A stretch of 64,000 nt of DNA from an uncultured virus (IMG/VR IMGVR_UViG_3300030101_003124) (taxonomy: Duplodnaviria; Heunggongvirae; Uroviricota; Caudoviricetes; Crassvirales): the IMG/VR virus record IMGVR_UViG_3300030101_003124, positions 1-64,000 of that record. The stretch is one strand, 5' to 3'. The notes beneath the pieces were generated by a model, which saw nothing but the letters and a program-made list of their open reading frames with translations, was not told the origin of the DNA and did not search any database. Shown piece by piece: positions 59,385 through 64,000 of this stretch (positions are counted from its first letter, which is position 1; the number at the start of each line of letters is the position of its first letter). Made by a program: the position numbers and the translations under genes.

Positions 59385-61109
59385 CTACTCCCAAGGTAAG
59401 GCGCCATCGTCTACTATTTCATCTGTTATTTGTGGTACAAATGAACCAGATCTTGGCTCCCATGTGAAATATGATTCACCACCGTTTTCGCCTAGATTTT
59501 GAAACTTAACTTTTAATACTTTTACTTTAGTATTTTTAGCTTCATAATCTCTGTGTACTAATATACCGTGATAGCTAGCATCATACCATTCGCCACCACC
59601 TTTTATGTTATACATTGTTGGTTCTTGTATTTTACCGTTTTGGTCTCTCATCATTTTAGTCGGATGTGCTACAATAAACGTTAAAACGTCATACTTTTTA
59701 CAAAATGATTCTATCTTTGATAGATAATCCATAGTATATCTGTTAACATCATCTGACACAGCGTTTGTGTCTCTAACTTTATTATAAGGATCTATTACTA
59801 GACATTTAATACCTTTACGTTTAACCAACTCAGCACCTTTTCTTAAAACTGATTCTAAACTATATTTATCCATGTCTATAAAATAGTAGTTATCATTAAC
59901 ATGGTTTGCAACTTGTTTCCATTTACTACCTCCAATATCAGATCTACTAGGCATATCACCCCAATGCTTACGCATTAGTTTATGTGCATGTAAATATATT
60001 GGTTGATTTTCTGGACTTGCAAAAGCTGTTTTCCAGCCATAGTTATTATTATAACCTACAACCATTTGGTCAACAAAATCAGACTTACCGCTACTAGGTA
60101 TGCCAGTAACAGTAATGAACTGACCAGTGTATGTACTGAATATTTTGTCAAAGTTTTGTAAACCGACTTGAAAGCCAGGTTTGAAACCGTGTTTAACAAA
60201 GTCTTTAAGGTCATTCTCTACAGTTTTTAAGGTTGATACGTTTTCTAGTGGTACTTGCTGCGAGTTGTGTATAGCAGATTTGAGGTCGTCTGCTCCATAC
60301 TTAATTAAATATTCATTAGCATCTTTGCAGTCTAAAAAATCTACTATATAACAGTTCTCAGCGCCAAGCCTACGTATAAACTCTTGTTTTAACATAGTGC
60401 CAGGTTCATCAGCGTCTACCGCTAGTATTATCTTGTCTTTGTCTTCAAAGTAATCTATACAATTGTCAAGATAATCTAAGTTGTTGTGATTTAACGTAGC
60501 ACCGTTAGGTACTGATATTACGTTAGGCACACCTGCCTCATGTAAAGATAACGCATCTATTTCACCCTCTACAATTACAACTGAGTTGTGACCTACAATA
60601 CTATTAATATTATAGAATACCTTTTCAGCTCCTTTATATAGTTTAAAATTCTTACGTCCATCTCTGTATTTAATATTTATGAGTTGATTACCCATAAAAT
60701 AATTAAACTTAATTGTGTTCTCTTGTTTGCCAGTTTGCGGCATGAACTCAGAACCTTCAGAAACATTTAATGCCTCCAAAGTGTTCTGAGATATACCTCT
60801 AGACTTAAACCATTCTACAACTTTACTACTAGGTGCTTTATGAGTCTTTGTAGAAAAACTCGGGCGTACGTATTCACGTTCACTAGCACCCTTACGTTCG
60901 TAAGTGTGTAGTTGAAAAGTTGAATTACAGTTGTGGCAAGTACCGAGACCACGTTCCCAATCATAAGAAGCACATTTAAGCTTCTGATTTTTAGGTTTCC
61001 TGTTGTGAGAGCACAGAGGACAAATCCCCTGTGTCTTACCCACTTCAAGACCATGTTGATTGAACTCGTCAATCAAAAATCCATTAATCTCTCTATTTTC
61101 TACTTGCAT
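59385..61109 (-). CDS. Primase-helicase (T7 gp4/Twinkle-like)
   Basis: CPLC..CHNC zinc domain, TOPRIM IVEGEIDALS and DADEPG, Walker A TGIPSSGKS, LVIDP, VAHP. Confidence 0.92.
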   Translation of the reverse strand: MQVENREINGFLIDEFNQHGLEVGKTQGICPLCSHNRKPKNQKLKCASYDWERGLGTCHNCNSTFQLHTYERKGASEREYVRPSFSTKTHKAPSSKVVEWFKSRGISQNTLEALNVSEGSEFMPQTGKQENTIKFNYFMGNQLINIKYRDGRKNFKLYKGAEKVFYNINSIVGHNSVVIVEGEIDALSLHEAGVPNVISVPNGATLNHNNLDYLDNCIDYFEDKDKIILAVDADEPGTMLKQEFIRRLGAENCYIVDFLDCKDANEYLIKYGADDLKSAIHNSQQVPLENVSTLKTVENDLKDFVKHGFKPGFQVGLQNFDKIFSTYTGQFITVTGIPSSGKSDFVDQMVVGYNNNYGWKTAFASPENQPIYLHAHKLMRKHWGDMPSRSDIGGSKWKQVANHVNDNYYFIDMDKYSLESVLRKGAELVKRKGIKCLVIDPYNKVRDTNAVSDDVNRYTMDYLSKIESFCKKYDVLTFIVAHPTKMMRDQNGKIQEPTMYNIKGGGEWYDASYHGILVHRDYEAKNTKVKVLKVKFQNLGENGGESYFTWEPRSGSFVPQITDEIVDDGALPWE

Positions 61110-61122
61110 TTATTTAATTATA

Positions 61123-61443
61123 TTAAAATGGTAAATCGTCATTTGCTGGTGCAGCTGCTGCAGGTTGTGCTGCTGGCTGCGCAGGCATAGCCTCTTTAGG
61201 TGCAACGCCTACATTTACATCATTTGTCCATACTACCTTTACATTACCTAAATAAACTTTTTCAGTTTTAGCATCTCTTTCCTCTTTAGTTTGTTGAACT
61301 ACGACAGGACCGTTGTTGCCAAACTGATCAAGCTCATCATTTAATGTAATTGTAATAGGTAAGTATTTACCTTTTTTACCTTCGATAATTTTATCTTTAG
61401 GTATTTTAGTAAGGTCAATACTAGTTGCTATTATACTTGCCAT
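61123..61443 (-). CDS. ssb: Single-stranded DNA-binding protein
   Basis: IDLTKIPK..GKKGKY..DQFGN, acidic DDLPF tail. Confidence 0.75.
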   Translation of the reverse strand: MASIIATSIDLTKIPKDKIIEGKKGKYLPITITLNDELDQFGNNGPVVVQQTKEERDAKTEKVYLGNVKVVWTNDVNVGVAPKEAMPAQPAAQPAAAAPANDDLPF

Positions 61444-61444
61444 A

Positions 61445-61624
61445 TTATGCGTATTGATTTATTTGATTAAACATTCTTTCTAATTGCTCTTTTGTAGCAT
61501 TAGTATTTCTTCTCATATTATCTACAGCTTTAACGTGGTTTTGATTAGCATAAAAATTGTTTACGCTAGTTTCTAAACCTGTTACGCTGCATACTTTAGT
61601 TTGAGTTCTTTTTCTTCTTGCCAT
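61445..61624 (-). CDS. Small protein, 59 aa (MARRKRTQTKVCSVTG...)
   Basis: Manual translation; fills the operon gap. Confidence 0.6.
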   Translation of the reverse strand: MARRKRTQTKVCSVTGLETSVNNFYANQNHVKAVDNMRRNTNATKEQLERMFNQINQYA

Positions 61625-61634
61625 ATATTAAAAA

Positions 61635-62366
61635 TTAAAGTGTTTTGCTTATGAAATACTGTTTAGGATTAAAGTCCTTGGTTTTAAAGAACAACTCATA
61701 AGCTTCCATTGCTCTATCAACCTTGTCTTTACCTGATGCATAAAACTCAGGTGAGCAGTCAAACATACCGATCTGATGTGTCGTTTTATCTATAACCACA
61801 AATAACATTTCGTAGCCAAATAATTTTTGGTAAATGTATGCTTGTGAATCGTAGTTATAACGATAAGCAGAATTTTTAAATTTATGAATATCTGCTGTTG
61901 TCTTCAGATCAACTACTAACTTCTCATTATGATTTACTATATCAGCCTTGCCTTTCCACATATATTTGCCGATTTTTGTTACTTCAGGTATTTCATATTC
62001 AGTGTTAGTGTCTTGTATTATACCTTTACAAATGTTGTTGCTTAATAACTTTTCAGTCATTAATTCTATATGATCAACTTCATGTTGTAATAAGCATAGT
62101 TCTCCGCCTGACATTTCTTTGTAAACCTTAGTATTTCTAGTTGTTGAAGGTATCACCTTGTATTTCTTAAGCTTATCTGGCTCAAGTATTGCAGTGTGAA
62201 AATACCCGCCAACTAGAAACGCTGAGGTTGGTTTACTTGGTTGCCCTAATGCTAGTGGATTATTTAGTAATGTACTAATATCAGAGTTACTCAAGTATTT
62301 CTTGCCAAATTCTCCATAATAATCTTCATCATTTTTTAATTTAGCTAAGATCTCTTTTTTATTCAT
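61635..62366 (-). CDS. RecE/exonuclease VIII-like PD-(D/E)xK exonuclease
   Basis: LSNSDI, GGYFHTAILEP, KGKADI..VDLKTT, YDSQAYIY. Confidence 0.85.
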   Translation of the reverse strand: MNKKEILAKLKNDEDYYGEFGKKYLSNSDISTLLNNPLALGQPSKPTSAFLVGGYFHTAILEPDKLKKYKVIPSTTRNTKVYKEMSGGELCLLQHEVDHIELMTEKLLSNNICKGIIQDTNTEYEIPEVTKIGKYMWKGKADIVNHNEKLVVDLKTTADIHKFKNSAYRYNYDSQAYIYQKLFGYEMLFVVIDKTTHQIGMFDCSPEFYASGKDKVDRAMEAYELFFKTKDFNPKQYFISKTL

Positions 62367-62367
62367 T

Positions 62368-62883
62368 TTATAGTGTTGTTAATTCCTTCTCTTGTTGAGG
62401 AGTTAATTGATACTTCTTTTTGATAGCATCTAATTTACCACCTGATTGAATATAACTTTTAGCCTTCGCGAGGTCTTGTAGTTTATCTTTACCATGTTTA
62501 TTAGTTGCATCGCTATCTTGAGTATCATCAATTAAAAATAAATTCCCAAGAGCATACTTTTTACCGTATGAACTAGCACTACCAAACTGTTGTGGAACCT
62601 GCATACCTTTTTGATTTAAGTCTACTCCGACTATAGCTGAGGTTTGCATTGTCATGCCTTTCTCATCATGTATAGTTGCTGTAGTTTTAATCACAGGTAC
62701 AGGACCTTCAACGATTAATTCTTCGTCAACAGTTACGGTAATACCGTACTTCAATAAAAAGGGTTTGATTGCTTCGAGAATATCTTCGGCACTACGAAAG
62801 TAATACTTACCGAAGGAGTTAAATCTACTCTTTTTCGATTTAAACTCAGTCTGGACTTGAGCCAGCTTTTGTTGTAAAGTCAT
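62368..62883 (-). CDS. erf: ERF-family ssDNA annealing protein
   Basis: NSFGKYYFRSAEDILEAIKP, QQFGSASSYGKKYALGNLFLIDD. Confidence 0.88.
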   Translation of the reverse strand: MTLQQKLAQVQTEFKSKKSRFNSFGKYYFRSAEDILEAIKPFLLKYGITVTVDEELIVEGPVPVIKTTATIHDEKGMTMQTSAIVGVDLNQKGMQVPQQFGSASSYGKKYALGNLFLIDDTQDSDATNKHGKDKLQDLAKAKSYIQSGGKLDAIKKKYQLTPQQEKELTTL

Positions 62884-62957
62884 ATTTAATTTAATTTTAG
62901 TCTATATATATAATTACACATTAGCGAACATAATTTAAATTATTTCCGCTCTATAAC

Positions 62958-63725
62958 TTACAGATAATCAAGCACTTGCGAGTGATCGACATTCTCTATT
63001 AGTTTATCTACGGCTTGCTTTTTTAACTGTGAAACCCTAACATATGAGCTGCTACCTTCAATACCTAATTTCTTAGCTATTTCTTTAGCAGAATGTTTAT
63101 CACAGTTTAAACCGTAACTTAAAACCAGTACGTTATATTCTTTTTCTGTTAAATGTTTTCTTAACAAACCGTCAAGATAAGCATTTAGCAGATCCATATT
63201 ATAAGGTTCTGATTTATCAGGAATTTGCATTATCATGTCTTCTTCCTGATTGTTCTTAGGTTTTTCATCTATACTTAAAAATATAGAGTTAAAGAACATT
63301 GCTACCATTTTTTTATCTTTACCGAAGTTTCTACGTATTTCATTTAGTTTGTGCTCAGGTATTCTCATGTCACCACGATTAATATCTATAGCTCTACGTA
63401 TTGCACCTCGTATACGTTTAGATAAAAATGATTTCATTGTTTTTTCTTTGTCTTCTGATTTATCAAATAATTCCCAGTCTATTCTGTCAACAGCTTTTGT
63501 TAAACCAGCATTACCCTCTTGTATGAGGTCCATGATAGTCATAACACCTGAAGCTTGTTGACTAGTTGAAAATTTTCTTGCTATGTTTTCAGACAAAGGT
63601 AAGAAGTTTACAATCAACTGATCTCTTGTTAATTCTTTATATTCTTTGAATTTAGGCAAAGCCCAGATCAGTTCTTGTATCTGCTTCTTGTAAATAACAT
63701 AGTTTCGTATATTATAACTCTTCAT
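62958..63725 (-). CDS. Sigma-70 family RNA polymerase sigma factor
   Basis: Region 2 DLIQEGNAGLTKAV..RIRGAIRRAI; region 4 LTEKEYNVL..YGL..EIAKKLG..RVSQL. Confidence 0.88.
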   Translation of the reverse strand: MKSYNIRNYVIYKKQIQELIWALPKFKEYKELTRDQLIVNFLPLSENIARKFSTSQQASGVMTIMDLIQEGNAGLTKAVDRIDWELFDKSEDKEKTMKSFLSKRIRGAIRRAIDINRGDMRIPEHKLNEIRRNFGKDKKMVAMFFNSIFLSIDEKPKNNQEEDMIMQIPDKSEPYNMDLLNAYLDGLLRKHLTEKEYNVLVLSYGLNCDKHSAKEIAKKLGIEGSSSYVRVSQLKKQAVDKLIENVDHSQVLDYL

Positions 63726-64000
63726 TTAATGTTTGTTTTTCTTGTTTTAAAGTGTCACACATATGTCTGTGTATTGTTCTTGCAGAGCAATTAAGTAAAC
63801 CAGCAATACGACTAATAGTAATTTTATTACCCATATCGTTTAAATCTATCATAGTTTCATATATCATATCTTTATCAATACTAGATCTACCTATTAATTT
63901 ACCTACAATTTTTAATTTACCACTCAAGTCTAAACCTGAGTATGGTTTAAAAACTACTTTACGTAGCTTATTTGCAGGTGGATCACCACCTTGCATTAAT
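63712..64000 (-). CDS. C-terminal part of a protein with a terminal helix-turn-helix, probably truncated by the window edge
   Basis: ITISRIAGLLNCSARTIHRH. Confidence 0.6.
   Translation of the reverse strand, partial: LMQGGDPPANKLRKVVFKPYSGLDLSGKLKIVGKLIGRSSIDKDMIYETMIDLNDMGNKITISRIAGLLNCSARTIHRHMCDTLKQEKQTLNEEL

Overview
The window is about 64 kb of an AT-rich, apparently lytic dsDNA tailed phage with podovirus-like virion genes. Its host is probably a Bacteroidota/Flavobacteriia member, inferred from A-rich leaders without Shine-Dalgarno sites, a BACON domain and a DDLPF-tailed SSB. There are three blocks. (1) 1-2811 (- strand): small early-type ORFs, a tRNA-Met(CAT), two anticodon-less tRNA-like minihelices and four copies of a fixed-spacing promoter-like motif. 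(2) 3143-53686 (+ strand): GroEL/GroES, tail fibres, terminase, portal, scaffold, major capsid, tail and ejection proteins, a 2915-aa multidomain virion protein, an envelope module and lysis genes. (3) 53714-64000 (- strand): class I ribonucleotide reductase, resolvase-like nuclease, MazG-like proteins, a T4 gp42-like dCMP hydroxymethylase, primase-helicase, SSB, RecE/ERF and a sigma-70 factor. The leading candidates for undescribed biology are tRNA-like minihelix punctuation of early transcripts, +1-frame overprinted ORFs inside conserved genes, a shared SPAK motif in small late proteins, a beta-barrel/CxxC-less thioredoxin/CPFC-peptide envelope module, and a compact cytosine-modification operon. 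All protein calls come from reading motifs by eye. No database searches or folding computations were run.
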